From assembly GCA_031414955.1 (NCBI GenBank), contig JANOQV010000012.1:31100-95099 (forward strand): a stretch of DNA of 64,000 nt, written 5' to 3'. How positions within the stretch are numbered: position 1 is the stretch's first letter; the number at the start of each line of letters is the position of its first letter. Shown here piece by piece: positions 42,166-51,794 of the stretch. Below the pieces are notes generated by a model. It saw nothing but the letters and a program-made list of their open reading frames with translations, made no database searches and was not told the DNA's origin. Position numbers and translations under genes: made by a program. Origin of the DNA: Pedosphaera sp. GTDB taxonomy: Bacteria; Verrucomicrobiota; Verrucomicrobiia; Limisphaerales; SIBH01.

Positions 42166-42609
42166 ATGCCAAAACTGATATTCATCGGTGAACATTTCGC
42201 CGGCCGGGTTTACGAACTCACGCTGGAAAAAACCACGGTGGGCCGGGGCGATGGCAACATTCTCGCCATTCACGAACCATCGGTCTCGCTCGCGCACTGC
42301 GAGATTCTGGTGCATGGCCCGGAGGTGATTGTGCGGGATCTCGGCTCCTCCAACGGCACCTTCGTCAACCGGGTGCGCCTCGAACACCGCCAGGCCCAGC
42401 TCAAATCCGGGCAAGTGGTGCGGTTCGGTTCGGTCGAGGCACGCTTGGAGTTGGATCCGGCCGACGATGAGTACGGGGCGTCCGAAATCACCGCCGTCCA
42501 CGAACACGCGCGACTGCTGCGCGACCAGCGGCGCGAGCAGAGCCATCCCAAGGCCGCGGACCCTACCATGACACTCGCCGACGGCGCGACTGGCGCGGGA
42601 GGCTCCTGA
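42166..42609 (+). CDS. Small FHA-domain protein
   Basis: 'TTVGRGDGNILAIHEPSVSLAHCEILVHGPEVIVRDLGSSNGTFVNRVRL' is a canonical FHA core (GR...S..H..., SxNGT.VN). The upstream part of track ORF 41797.. is repeat sequence. Confidence 0.8.
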   Translation: MPKLIFIGEHFAGRVYELTLEKTTVGRGDGNILAIHEPSVSLAHCEILVHGPEVIVRDLGSSNGTFVNRVRLEHRQAQLKSGQVVRFGSVEARLELDPADDEYGASEITAVHEHARLLRDQRREQSHPKAADPTMTLADGATGAGGS

Positions 42610-42688
42610 CGGATTACTGTTTCACAGATCACTTTCCCCTACTCCGCGCTTCCGTTCCAACAGGGTTTGCCCTAGAACCGCCGCACCT

Positions 42689-44095
42689 ATGAAACATTGC
42701 CTCGCCCTTTCGACGTCCCTGGCGTTCCTCACTTTATTTTCAACGCTGGCCCAGGCTGCGGCGGCGCTCCTGCCGCCCAAGTCGGCGGATGCGTATTTCG
42801 AGAAGTTCAATCCCAAGCCCGCGCCCCAGCCCGCTGGACTGATGCTGAAGAAGGGCGACCGGCTGGCCGTCATCGGCGATTCCATCACCGAGCAGAAAAT
42901 GTATTCGCGCGTCATGGAAACTTATCTGACCGTCTGCGTGCCCGAACTGGATGTCACCGTCCGCCAGTACGGCTGGGGTGGCGAAACCGCGCCCGGCTTC
43001 CTGCGCCGCATGACTAATGACTGCCTGCGCTTCAACCCCACCATCGCCACCACCTGTTACGGCATGAATGATCACGGCTACCGTCCTTATGAAGCCTCCA
43101 TCGGCGACCGCTACCGCAAGGCGTCCACCGCCATCGTCCAGTCCTTCAAGGCCGCCGGGACGGGGGTCATCCAGGGTTCGCCTGGCTGCGTCGGCACCAA
43201 GAACCAGCCCGGCTGGGACGCGGCGGGCGTCGAGTCCAAGAACCTCAATCTCGCCACGCTGCGCGACATCGGCATCGAGATCGCCGGAGCCGAGCAGGTC
43301 GGTTTCGCGGACGTGTTCTGGCCGATGCTGAACGCGGGCTTTGAGGCGCGGAATCGTTACAGCACCAACTACAACATTGCCGGCGGCGACGGCGTGCATC
43401 CGGGCTGGGCCGGCAGCTTCTCGATGGCCTACGCGTTCCTCAAGTCCTTCGGCCTCGACGGCGAGATCGGGACGATCAACGTCGATCTGAAATCAAATAA
43501 GGCCAGCGCCTCGAAGGGACACGATGTGCTCTCCGCCCAGGCCGGCGCGGTCGAGATCAAGAGCAGCCGCTATCCGTTCTGTGCCACGGGCGAATTGAAC
43601 AAGGACAACAACATCCGCTCCGCCATGACGCTTCTGCCCTTCAACCAGGAATTGAATCGCCTCACCCTCGTGGCCAAGAACGGCACGGCGCAGAATTACA
43701 AAGTGACGTGGGGCACGGAATCGAAGAGCTATTCCGCCGCGCAACTCGCGCAGGGCGTCAACCTCGCGGCGGACTTCGCGGTCAATCCTTTCTCTGATGC
43801 CTTCAAGAAAGTCGATGCCGCGGTCATCGCCAAGCAGAACTACGAGACCAAACAGATCAAGCAGCTCTTCCACGACCTGCCCGCCGGCAAATACAGCACC
43901 AAGGAAGACCGCTGCAAGCCGCTCGAAACGGTCAAGGACGCCGAGGTGCTCAAGCTTTTCGCCGCCTGCCAGGACGGCAAGTTCAACGCCGACACCATCG
44001 CCGCCGAGACCGAGAAGGTCCGCGCCCCTCTGGCCGCGGCCATCAAGACGGCGTTCGTGCCGGTGACGCACACCATCAAGATCGAGGCGGAGTAA
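42689..44095 (+). CDS. Secreted SGNH/GDSL-family hydrolase with a C-terminal extension
   Basis: Signal peptide ...STLAQAAA. Block I 'LAVIGDSITEQ', 'YGWGGET', 'GMNDHG' and 'DGVHPG' give the SGNH catalytic blocks. Confidence 0.75.
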   Translation: MKHCLALSTSLAFLTLFSTLAQAAAALLPPKSADAYFEKFNPKPAPQPAGLMLKKGDRLAVIGDSITEQKMYSRVMETYLTVCVPELDVTVRQYGWGGETAPGFLRRMTNDCLRFNPTIATTCYGMNDHGYRPYEASIGDRYRKASTAIVQSFKAAGTGVIQGSPGCVGTKNQPGWDAAGVESKNLNLATLRDIGIEIAGAEQVGFADVFWPMLNAGFEARNRYSTNYNIAGGDGVHPGWAGSFSMAYAFLKSFGLDGEIGTINVDLKSNKASASKGHDVLSAQAGAVEIKSSRYPFCATGELNKDNNIRSAMTLLPFNQELNRLTLVAKNGTAQNYKVTWGTESKSYSAAQLAQGVNLAADFAVNPFSDAFKKVDAAVIAKQNYETKQIKQLFHDLPAGKYSTKEDRCKPLETVKDAEVLKLFAACQDGKFNADTIAAETEKVRAPLAAAIKTAFVPVTHTIKIEAE

Positions 44096-44167
44096 CGGAG
44101 ACGAGGCGGTGGCGGGCCATGCCTCCGCCCGCAAACGGTGATCTGGTTCGTGCCTGTAGATCCTTCC

Positions 44168-44223
44168 GGCGTGCCGGCGAACGGGTCGGTGTCCAGATTC
44201 GGGTGCGCTCCGGCCGGCACGCC
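44168..44223. repeat. Inverted repeat downstream of the SGNH hydrolase gene
   Basis: GGCGTGCCGGC (44168-44178) and GCCGGCACGCC (44213-44223) are perfect 11-nt arms with a 34-nt spacer. Confidence 0.6.
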
Positions 44224-44337
44224 CGGAGGGAGACTGATGGAGGGGCATCGATACCTAGAACCCTGACGATAAAGCTCAACATCCGGCCGATGGTAATAGA
44301 CCTACCGGTCGATGGAATTGGGGGGGATTGTTGAATT

Positions 44338-44411
44338 GGAGCGGGCGAAGGGAATCGAACCCTCGTGGCCAGTTTGGAAGACTGGAGCTCTACCATTGAG
44401 CTACGCCCGCC
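44338..44411 (-). tRNA. tRNA-Gly (anticodon UCC)
   Basis: Minus-strand read GCGGGCG-TA-GCTC-AATGGTA-GAGC-T-CCAGT-CTTCCAA-ACTGG-CCAC-GAGGG-TTCGATT-CCCTT-CGCCCGC-T-CCA. It folds as a full cloverleaf with a 7-bp acceptor stem, a TTCGATT T-loop, anticodon TCC and an encoded CCA. Confidence 0.92.
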
Positions 44412-44633
44412 CAAGTGCGCCGCAGTCTAGCCGCGAACCCCGTCTTGTCAACGCGGCGAGGTGGGTGCGGTGAAGTGAGTGGAAAGAGCGTATCCGACAC
44501 ACGCCTGACTGGCCGCATATCCCTTCCGCTCCGAGACCCGCCACCGCCCGTCGCACCGGGAACGCGGTCGCGTCCAGGTCACAATCACGTTGCACGGCGC
44601 GGCGGTTCGCGGCTTACTGGCTGCATGCCTTGC

Positions 44634-46319
44634 ATCTTCACCCTGCTACGTTGTTCCGCCACGGCCGGCTTCATGTTGATAGCCTTCGCGTGGCGGGCCG
44701 GCGCGGCCACGGAGCCGTTCTCGCAGGCGGCAGTGGTGGCGCAGGACAAGATCGCAGCCCAAGTCGGCACGGACATTCTTCGGCACGGTGGTAACGCGAT
44801 CGATGCGGCGGTGGCCACGGCCTTCGCCCTCGCGGTCACGCATCCAGCGGCGGGCAACATCGGCGGCGGCGGCTTCCTGGTCTTTCGCTCCCACCGCGGG
44901 ACGGCGGCGGCGTATGACTTTCGCGAAATGGCGCCCGCCGCCGCGCGCGCGGACATGTTTCTGAACGAGGGCCAGTATGACGCGCAGCGGCATCACCACA
45001 GCCATGTGGCGGTGGGCGTCCCGGGCACGGTGGCCGGACTGCACCTGGCGTGGCGGGAGCATGGCAGCCTGCCGTGGAACGAGCTTGTGCAACCCGCTCT
45101 CAAACTGGCGGGCGAGGGATTTGTCGTCAGCCCCGGCCTGGCGCGCTCGCTCCAGACCGCGCTGCCGGTGCTGAAAAAATATCCGGCCTCGCTCGCTCAG
45201 TTCACCCGGCGCGGCCGGCCCTTCGAGGCGGGCGACACGCTGCGGCAGCCAGATCTCGCCCGGACGTTGCAGCGCATCGCGAATGAGGGGCCGGACGGAT
45301 TCTACGCCGGCGAGACGGCGCGTCTCATTGAGCGGGAGATGAGCGCCCACGGAGGTTTGATCACGCGCGCTGATTTGAAGAACTACCGCGCGGTGAGGCG
45401 CGAAGCGGTGCGGGGCACGTATCGGGGCTGTGAGATCATTTCCATGCCGCCGCCCAGTTCAGGCGGCGTCGCGCTCATTGAGATGCTGAACATCCTCGAG
45501 GGCTATGATTTGCGGCGCGAAGGCCCGGGGGCGTTGGCCAACGTGCATCGCATCGCCGAGGTCATGCGCCGCGCCTTCGCCGATCGCGCGCAACATCTCG
45601 GCGATCCTGAATTCAATCCCGCCCGGCCGGTCGCGCGGCTCATCTCGAAGGATTACGCGGCGACCCTACGGGCCAGCATCTCTCCGGCGCGCGCCTCGGT
45701 TTCGACGACGACGAATTTCTCGTGGCCAGCGGAGAGCCAGGAGACGACGCATCTCTCCGTGGTGGACTCGAACCGCAATGCCGTGGCCCTGACTTACACG
45801 CTGGAGGAATCGTATGGTTCGGGCATCGTGGTGCCAGGTGCGGGCTTTCTGCTCAACAACGAGATGGGCGACTTCAATGCGGTGCCCGGCTTCACCAGCA
45901 CCAACGGACTCATTGGCACTCCGCCCAACCTGGCCGCACCGGGCAAGCGCATGTTGTCCAGCATGACGCCGACCATCGTGGTCCGTGACGGCAAGCTGCT
46001 CATGGTCACGGGCAGCCCCGGCGGGCGCACCATCATCAACACGGTACTGCTGACCGTGCTCAACGTGGTCGACTTCGAGATGAACGCGCAAGCCGCCGTG
46101 GATGCGCCACGCTTTCATCATCAATGGCTGCCGGCGCAAATTCAGTTCGAGCGCGGCGGATTCTCGGCGAACGTGATGCAGGGTCTGCGCGAGCGCGGTC
46201 ATGGGTTGCGCGAAACCGGCGCGCAAGGCGCGGCCCAAGTCATCGTGGTGAATGGCACCGGCACGCTCGACACGGGCGCGGATCGCCGGGCCCACGACAG
46301 CGCGGCGGCCGGTTGGTGA
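44634..46319 (+). CDS. ggt: Gamma-glutamyltransferase
   Basis: 'AAGNIGGGGFLV', 'ETTHLSVVD' (autoprocessing Thr), 'MLSSMTPTIV' and 'TGSPGGRTIINTVL' are the GGT family signatures. The Met at 44634 precedes a signal-like segment. Confidence 0.9.
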   Translation: MFTLLRCSATAGFMLIAFAWRAGAATEPFSQAAVVAQDKIAAQVGTDILRHGGNAIDAAVATAFALAVTHPAAGNIGGGGFLVFRSHRGTAAAYDFREMAPAAARADMFLNEGQYDAQRHHHSHVAVGVPGTVAGLHLAWREHGSLPWNELVQPALKLAGEGFVVSPGLARSLQTALPVLKKYPASLAQFTRRGRPFEAGDTLRQPDLARTLQRIANEGPDGFYAGETARLIEREMSAHGGLITRADLKNYRAVRREAVRGTYRGCEIISMPPPSSGGVALIEMLNILEGYDLRREGPGALANVHRIAEVMRRAFADRAQHLGDPEFNPARPVARLISKDYAATLRASISPARASVSTTTNFSWPAESQETTHLSVVDSNRNAVALTYTLEESYGSGIVVPGAGFLLNNEMGDFNAVPGFTSTNGLIGTPPNLAAPGKRMLSSMTPTIVVRDGKLLMVTGSPGGRTIINTVLLTVLNVVDFEMNAQAAVDAPRFHHQWLPAQIQFERGGFSANVMQGLRERGHGLRETGAQGAAQVIVVNGTGTLDTGADRRAHDSAAAGW

Positions 46320-46559
46320 AGGAGAAATCCTGGCCCAAGGCACTTATTGATTCCTCGGGCCATCCATGCCGGGGCGGACGCGGACATCGAATGGGTGGCG
46401 AGCAGCGCTCGGCACGAGAAGAAACGCCGCGCCTTCCGGATTTACGGTTTCTGGCGAACTTGCTTGAGCCGCGCCGGACGGTTTGGCACCAAGGAGCGGT
46501 TGGAGATGGCCGGGCGGCGTGCGTTTGCGCTCCCGAGCGGTTCCAATCCGAATTGATTG

Positions 46560-47645
46560 ATGTCCGCAGCAATTCCAAATCGCAAGACCGTCCTCTTTGT
46601 GGATGACGACACGCAGTTCCTCGAACTGCTCCAACCCTACATGGAACGCCTCAGCCGTGGCGAGTGGGAGGTCTTGGTGGCCTCGAACTCCGGGGCCGCC
46701 CTGAGCACGCTGAACTCCCGCACGATTGACCTGGCCGTGCTCGACGTGCAGTTGCCGGTCATGGATGGGGTGCAACTCTTGCAACTCGTCCATCGCAAGC
46801 ATCCCCAGCTCAAGAAGGCCGTGCTGAGCGGATTCGTGGACGAGGCCTGCCGTTCCCGCTCGTTGATCGGCGGGGCCGAGCTGGTTCTGGAAAAGCCGCA
46901 CGACGCCCCGGGCTACGAAGCCCTCTTCGCCGCCTTGAACGAGTTGCTCCACACTCAGAATGAACAGGGCTTCCGCGGCATGCTCCGCAAGGTCGGGTTG
47001 GAGGACATCATCCAGATGGAATGCCTGAGCCGGCATTCGCTGATTTTGGAAGTAGTGGCGCGCGGCAGCCGCGGGAGGCTTTACATCTGCGAAGGAGCGC
47101 TTGTGCATGCGGAGTTCGGCCAGCACAGCGGCGAGGCCGGTTTGCAGCAACTGCTCAGCCTGACCGGCGGCGAATTTCACCACCGCGCCTACACCGATCC
47201 GGCCAAGAAGACTTTGGAAGGCTCCTGGGAATTCCTCCTCATGGAGGCGGTGCGCCAACGCGATGAGGCGGTGGGTGCCGCCGCAGAAAAGGCTGCCGAG
47301 GAGGCGCTCGCATCAGCCATCGCTCCCACCTCATCGGTGGAATTGCCCGAGACTCCGGTGAGGGCCGAGGAACCGCCCGCCGAAATCCAAATCGAAGAGC
47401 AGGCCCCGGTCATCAACGAGTTGGTCGTCTGCACTTCCAAAGGGGAGCTGCTCTACGCCTCGCAGTCGCCCAATCCCCAGGAGCGCTGCCATTTGTGCGT
47501 GGCATTGATGGAAGCCGCCGCGCGCCTGCAACCGCTGCTGCCGTTTGGATCGCTCGAACGTGTGGAGTTCGTCTCCGTATCCGGCCGTATGCTCACGCGG
47601 CTTCAAGATGGGCAGGCCGTTTTCCTGCGCGCCAACGATGTTTGA
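46560..47645 (+). CDS. Response-regulator receiver + DUF4388-like + C-terminal roadblock/LC7-like region
   Basis: 'VLFVDDD...DLAVLDVQLPVMDG' receiver. 'GMLRKVGLEDIIQMECLSRHSLILEV....GRLYICEGALVHAEFG...GEAGLQQLL' is DUF4388-like. The C-terminal ~90 aa have an alpha/beta pattern like roadblock domains (weak call). Confidence 0.65.
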   Translation: MSAAIPNRKTVLFVDDDTQFLELLQPYMERLSRGEWEVLVASNSGAALSTLNSRTIDLAVLDVQLPVMDGVQLLQLVHRKHPQLKKAVLSGFVDEACRSRSLIGGAELVLEKPHDAPGYEALFAALNELLHTQNEQGFRGMLRKVGLEDIIQMECLSRHSLILEVVARGSRGRLYICEGALVHAEFGQHSGEAGLQQLLSLTGGEFHHRAYTDPAKKTLEGSWEFLLMEAVRQRDEAVGAAAEKAAEEALASAIAPTSSVELPETPVRAEEPPAEIQIEEQAPVINELVVCTSKGELLYASQSPNPQERCHLCVALMEAAARLQPLLPFGSLERVEFVSVSGRMLTRLQDGQAVFLRANDV

Positions 47646-47646
47646 T

Positions 47647-48015
47647 ATGGACGACGCAAAAAAAACGAACATGCAGTCCTGGTTCGAACAAGAGTTCGCG
47701 CTGGACGGCGTGCTTGCGGCCGGTGGGGGAGTGTCACCCACCGAGGTGTTCGCGGCCTTCGCCGCCGGCGAGTTCGTCCTCGCCAGCAATGAGGAAGTCT
47801 GGCGGAGCATCGGCGAGAGCGTCCAGTCGGTCAGCGCTCACGGCAGCCCGACGGGCGAAATGCTTTGGGGCTTCGAGCGCGCCCTGCTCTGCACCATTCG
47901 CCGGCCAGACGGGGCGTGGCTCGGCGTCATCACCGAACCGCAGTTGCGCGACGATTCGGCTCTCGCCCTCCGCACCAAGCTCGACGCGTTCAAGCAACAG
48001 GACTTCACCTCCTAG
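47647..48015 (+). CDS. Hypothetical protein, possibly roadblock/LC7-like, translationally coupled to the upstream regulator
   Basis: The ATG lies 1 nt after the upstream TGA (tgaTATG context). 122 aa with no recognisable catalytic motif. Confidence 0.4.
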   Translation: MDDAKKTNMQSWFEQEFALDGVLAAGGGVSPTEVFAAFAAGEFVLASNEEVWRSIGESVQSVSAHGSPTGEMLWGFERALLCTIRRPDGAWLGVITEPQLRDDSALALRTKLDAFKQQDFTS

Positions 48016-48034
48016 CGCTGACTCACGTCCGCAG

Positions 48035-48889
48035 CTACACGGTGACAACGCTGTTCTCCAGCACCCCGATCCCGGAAATCTCAATCCGTACCACGTCACC
48101 CACTGCGAGTGTGAAATCATCGCCGGGCACCACGCCCGTGCCGGTGAGCAGCACCGCGCCGTGCGGGAACGTCTGCGAGCGGAACAGGTATTCCGCCATC
48201 TCGGCGAAGGTGCGTTTGATTTGCGACACCGAAGTCTGGCCGGTGAAAACGGCCTGACCCGCGCGCGAAATCTGCACCGCGATGGTCCAGCCGCGCGCCG
48301 CTTCTTCACTTTCACCAACCACGATGCACGGCCCCACCGCGCACGCACGGTCGTAGATTTTCGCCTGCGGGAGATAGAGCAGATTCTCGCCCTCAATGTC
48401 GCGCGAGCTCATGTCGTTGCCCACGGTGTAGCCGACGACGCGGCCGCGCGCGTTCAGCACCAGCGCCAGTTCCGGCTCCGGCACGTTCCAGGTCGCGTCC
48501 CTGCGGATACCCACGGCGTCGCCCGTCCCGACGACTTTCTCCGGCATGGATTTGAAGAACAGCTCCGGGCGCGGCGCGTCATAAACCTTGTCGTAAGCCG
48601 TGGCGCTGAAATCCGATTCCTCCATGCGCGCCTTCTTGCTGCGCAGATACGTGACGCCCACCGCCCAGACCTCCTGCCGCTCGACCGGCGGCAACAACCG
48701 CACCTCGCTCGGCGAAACCTCCGGCAGCTTCTGCGCCGCGAGCGAACACAGATACGCGACGAGATCATCGCGCTCCAGCAACGGCGTGAGTTGTGTCACC
48801 CCCGCCGCGCTCAGGTCGGAGATTGTTCCGCCCTCGCTCCACAGGCCGATGCGGATTTGGTTTTGCTTCAGGAAACGACAGAGTTTCAT
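48035..48889 (-). CDS. Fumarylacetoacetate hydrolase (FAH) family protein
   Basis: 'GVTYLRSKKARMEE', 'PELFFKS', 'EPELALV', 'GYTVGNDMSSRDIEGEN' and 'KIYD..CAVGPCIV' fit the FAH/2-keto-4-pentenoate hydratase fold. Confidence 0.85.
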   Translation of the reverse strand: MKLCRFLKQNQIRIGLWSEGGTISDLSAAGVTQLTPLLERDDLVAYLCSLAAQKLPEVSPSEVRLLPPVERQEVWAVGVTYLRSKKARMEESDFSATAYDKVYDAPRPELFFKSMPEKVVGTGDAVGIRRDATWNVPEPELALVLNARGRVVGYTVGNDMSSRDIEGENLLYLPQAKIYDRACAVGPCIVVGESEEAARGWTIAVQISRAGQAVFTGQTSVSQIKRTFAEMAEYLFRSQTFPHGAVLLTGTGVVPGDDFTLAVGDVVRIEISGIGVLENSVVTV

Positions 48890-49148
48890 GGGGGATGATT
48901 TGACGAATGACTGGAGTTTGAAAAGCCAGGAGTCAGATCATTCGATCGAAAACCTGACCCGACGTTTCCGGCCTGGGACCAAGTGCGGAGGGCTTGACCG
49001 TGAAAAGCCCCGGATGGGATTTTACCAGACGCGCACGGCGCTTACGCCGCTTCACCATCCGCCCGCCCGCCGGTGAATCGATCCGCCCTCGCCAGCCCGG
49101 ACGCTGAAGCGACCTGAAGGCTGCGCAACGGGGACAAGGTGAGGGCGT

Positions 49149-49182
49149 GTTGCCCAAATCCCGGAGCGCGGGATTGGGCAAC
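49149..49182. repeat. Near-perfect 14-bp hairpin upstream of gmd
   Basis: GTTGCCCAAATCCCG-GAGCG-CGGGATTGGGCAAC. It is followed by the GTCCCGG..CCGGGAC hairpin (about 49198-49218) and the 12-nt palindrome TTGCCGCGGCAA (about 49233-49244). Confidence 0.6.
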
Positions 49183-49272
49183 AGACCCGCAGGATGCGTC
49201 CCGGCTCACTTCCGGGACGGATTGCAGACTTGTCTTGCCGCGGCAACTTCCGCACCGTCGCGCCTCATTGTT

Positions 49273-50292
49273 ATGGCAAAGAAAGCTCTCATCACCGGCA
49301 TCACGGGACAGGATGGTTCGTATCTCGCGGAGTTGCTCCTGAGCAAAGGCTACGAGGTGCATGGCATCATCCGCCGCGCCTCGACCTTCAACACTGGGCG
49401 GCTGGAGGACATTTACCAGGATCCGCACGCGAGCGGAAAAAGGCTTTCGCTCCATTATGGCGATCTCTCGGATGGCAGCGCGCTGGCGCGGTTGCTGGGG
49501 AAAATCGCCCCGGATGAAATCTACAACCTGGCCGCCCAGAGCCATGTGCGGGTGAGCTTCGATGCCGCCGAATACACGGCCGACGTGACGGCCACGGGCA
49601 CAGTGCGGGTGCTGGAGGCGATTCGCGAGACAGGCATGAAGCCGCGCTTTTATCAGGCCTCGTCGAGTGAGATGTTCGGGCTGGTGCAGGAGGTGCCGCA
49701 GAAGGAGACGACGCCGTTTTATCCACGCTCGCCCTATGGCTGCGCGAAACTGTTCTCGCACTGGCTGACGGTCAACTACCGCGAGAGCTACGGGATGCAC
49801 GCGAGCAGCGGGATTCTGTTCAATCACGAGTCGCCGCGGCGCGGGGAGACGTTCGTGACGCGCAAGATCACGCGGGCCGTGGCGCACATCAAACAGGGTC
49901 TGCAAAAGAAACTCTATCTTGGCAACCTCGACGCCAAGCGCGACTGGGGCTACGCGAAGGAATACGTGGAAGCGATGTGGCTCATGCTCCAGCAGCCCGA
50001 GCCGGATGATTACGTGATCGCCACCGGCGAGACGCATTCGGTGCGGGAGTTCCTCGAACACGCCTTCGCCCACGCCGGGCTGAACTGGAAGGATTACGTG
50101 GAGTTCGACGAACGCTACTGCCGTCCAGCTGAGGTGGATCTACTCATCGGCGATTGCAGCAAAGCCAAAGCAAAGCTCGGCTGGGAGCCGAAAACGAAGT
50201 TCACCGAGCTAGTGAAAATCATGGTCGAGGCGGACATGAAGAAAGTGCAGGACCGCCTGGCCGGCAAGATCAAGGTCATGGATCAACAGTGA
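49273..50292 (+). CDS. gmd: GDP-mannose 4,6-dehydratase
   Basis: '[40 protein letters not shown]...IYQDPH', 'LHYGDLSD', '[11 protein letters not shown]', '[13 protein letters not shown]' and '[22 protein letters not shown]' are near-identical in pattern to E. coli Gmd. Confidence 0.93.
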   Translation: MAKKALITGITGQDGSYLAELLLSKGYEVHGIIRRASTFNTGRLEDIYQDPHASGKRLSLHYGDLSDGSALARLLGKIAPDEIYNLAAQSHVRVSFDAAEYTADVTATGTVRVLEAIRETGMKPRFYQASSSEMFGLVQEVPQKETTPFYPRSPYGCAKLFSHWLTVNYRESYGMHASSGILFNHESPRRGETFVTRKITRAVAHIKQGLQKKLYLGNLDAKRDWGYAKEYVEAMWLMLQQPEPDDYVIATGETHSVREFLEHAFAHAGLNWKDYVEFDERYCRPAEVDLLIGDCSKAKAKLGWEPKTKFTELVKIMVEADMKKVQDRLAGKIKVMDQQ

Positions 50293-51455
50293 GGCGAGCG
50301 GTCCGGCCTTGAGTGCCTTGCCGACTGCCGGGCCAGCAGGCCATCGACCGCCTGGAGAACTTCCCCCACCGTGATGCGGCCCATGAATTCCTCGCCGCTG
50401 GAGGTGTTGGCCTCGGTGGGCGCAAGAAGACGGAAGTCTGGATCGCCTTGATGCGTCACCACCACGCTGTCGGCATGGGTTGGGGCCCAAAGCGGCAGCG
50501 ACCCTTGCCCAAACAAGGCAACCACCGGCCGACCAAGCGCGTCGTTCAGGTGCATCGGACCGGAGTCGAGCGTGATGATGAAGTCGAACTTCTGGAGCCG
50601 GGCGGCCCACTCGGCCACCGAGCCGCACTCCTGAACCTGTCCCCCAGTCTGGAGAATTTTTTCCGCCGCATCGCGTTGACCAGGACCGCACAAACCGACG
50701 GATTCGCAGCCGCGCTGCGCTAGTTGGCCGGCCAGCGCACGCCAGTTTTCTGCCGGCCACCATTTGCCCCGCCAGGGCGCGACCGGCACAAGGGCGATGC
50801 GCACGGGAACGGAACCGGCGCGCGTTTCGATGAAATGCGCCAGCCTCGGCCCCTCGCTGCTCCGCGCTTCCAAACCAAGGGGGGCAGCACAGCACAGATT
50901 GGACTCCCAGCGGCGCAGTCCGGGGGGGACTTCGACGGCGATGGCAGCGTGCCGGGGCATTTTCAAATCGGAACCAAGATAACGCGACAGGCTGACGACC
51001 CGCCGACAGCCGGCGAGATACAGGAGCAATACGCTGCGGATGTCGCCGCGCGTATCGAGACCAATCGCGCCGTGGGCCGCGTGGCTCAGGGTGCGCAGGA
51101 AGTCACGAAACTTCGGGCCGGTGTAAGCCTGGAGCGGATATTTTTCGCCCGCCGCGTGGCGTCCCCAGGCGATCTCGGAATCCACCCAATTGACTCCCGG
51201 CAGCAGGGATCGCCAGGCGGCAGCACCGCAAAAGGTCACATCGTAATGGTGCGCGCCCAGCAGCCTGACCAGTGGTTCGTGGGAAATAACGTCGCCCAGG
51301 CCAAACGGTTCGAGGATTACCACCGAGCGTTCGCGAGCCGGGCGCGATCGCCCCATCGCTCGGCCACCGCGCCACAGGCCGGCCGCGACCCCAAGCCCGG
51401 AGGCCAGAAGCCGTTTCCTAAGGCTGAAGTGAATGAGTGGCACGGTGCGCATCAT
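50283..51455 (-). CDS. Glycosyltransferase family 9 (heptosyltransferase-like)
   Basis: '[13 protein letters not shown]', '[20 protein letters not shown]' and '[25 protein letters not shown]' fit the GT9 pattern. It overlaps the gmd 3' end convergently by 10 nt. Confidence 0.75.
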   Translation of the reverse strand: MMRTVPLIHFSLRKRLLASGLGVAAGLWRGGRAMGRSRPARERSVVILEPFGLGDVISHEPLVRLLGAHHYDVTFCGAAAWRSLLPGVNWVDSEIAWGRHAAGEKYPLQAYTGPKFRDFLRTLSHAAHGAIGLDTRGDIRSVLLLYLAGCRRVVSLSRYLGSDLKMPRHAAIAVEVPPGLRRWESNLCCAAPLGLEARSSEGPRLAHFIETRAGSVPVRIALVPVAPWRGKWWPAENWRALAGQLAQRGCESVGLCGPGQRDAAEKILQTGGQVQECGSVAEWAARLQKFDFIITLDSGPMHLNDALGRPVVALFGQGSLPLWAPTHADSVVVTHQGDPDFRLLAPTEANTSSGEEFMGRITVGEVLQAVDGLLARQSARHSRPDRSPHC

Positions 51456-51739
51456 GACGGGCGGAACTGTTCCCGAAAACCGTGGGAGGAATCAACCACG
51501 GGCCCGAGGCCCGGTGAGCGAAGGGCGCCGTTGCGGCCGTGGCAGCGCGGCTGGAACGCGAACGACTTCGCCAATCACCCCGCTGGAGTGGCTGGCTGAG
51601 GAAGGAAATCCAGGACTTTGTAGTTTGGGCCACCAGTCTGCGAGATACGCCCGGTCGAGCGAGCGCAATTAGTTTACCCTCCGAGTGCGGTGAGCATTCC
51701 GCAGCGATCAGATCGAACGGGTCGTCTGGAAATCCAGAT

Positions 51740-51772
51740 AAAAAAAGAGGGACCGGAGTTATCCGGTCCCTC
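51740..51772 (-). terminator. Rho-independent terminator of the giant Ig-repeat gene
   Basis: The minus strand has GAGGGACCGGA-TAAC-TCCGGTCCCTC (a perfect 11-bp stem) followed by TTTTTTT. It starts ~23 nt after the stop at 51795. Confidence 0.75.
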
Positions 51773-51794
51773 GTGAGAGCAGGCCACGGTCAGG

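Noticed and set aside
44240-44411. tRNA-Gly with an adjacent AT-richer stretch as a possible genomic-island integration site for the RCC1/TA region
   Set aside because: There is no integrase gene. I could not find a direct-repeat copy of the tRNA 3' end elsewhere in the window by eye; the nearest match is only a 9-nt coincidence at about 60411. It would need a computed search for the last 15-25 nt of the tRNA.
46344-47258. 304-aa minus-strand ORF, and the similar 49042-50073 (343 aa) and 44646-45350 (234 aa)
   Set aside because: They are antisense to the receiver/DUF4388 gene, gmd and ggt respectively, all of which have unambiguous family motifs. The antisense translations are Arg/Ala/Gly-rich with no motifs.
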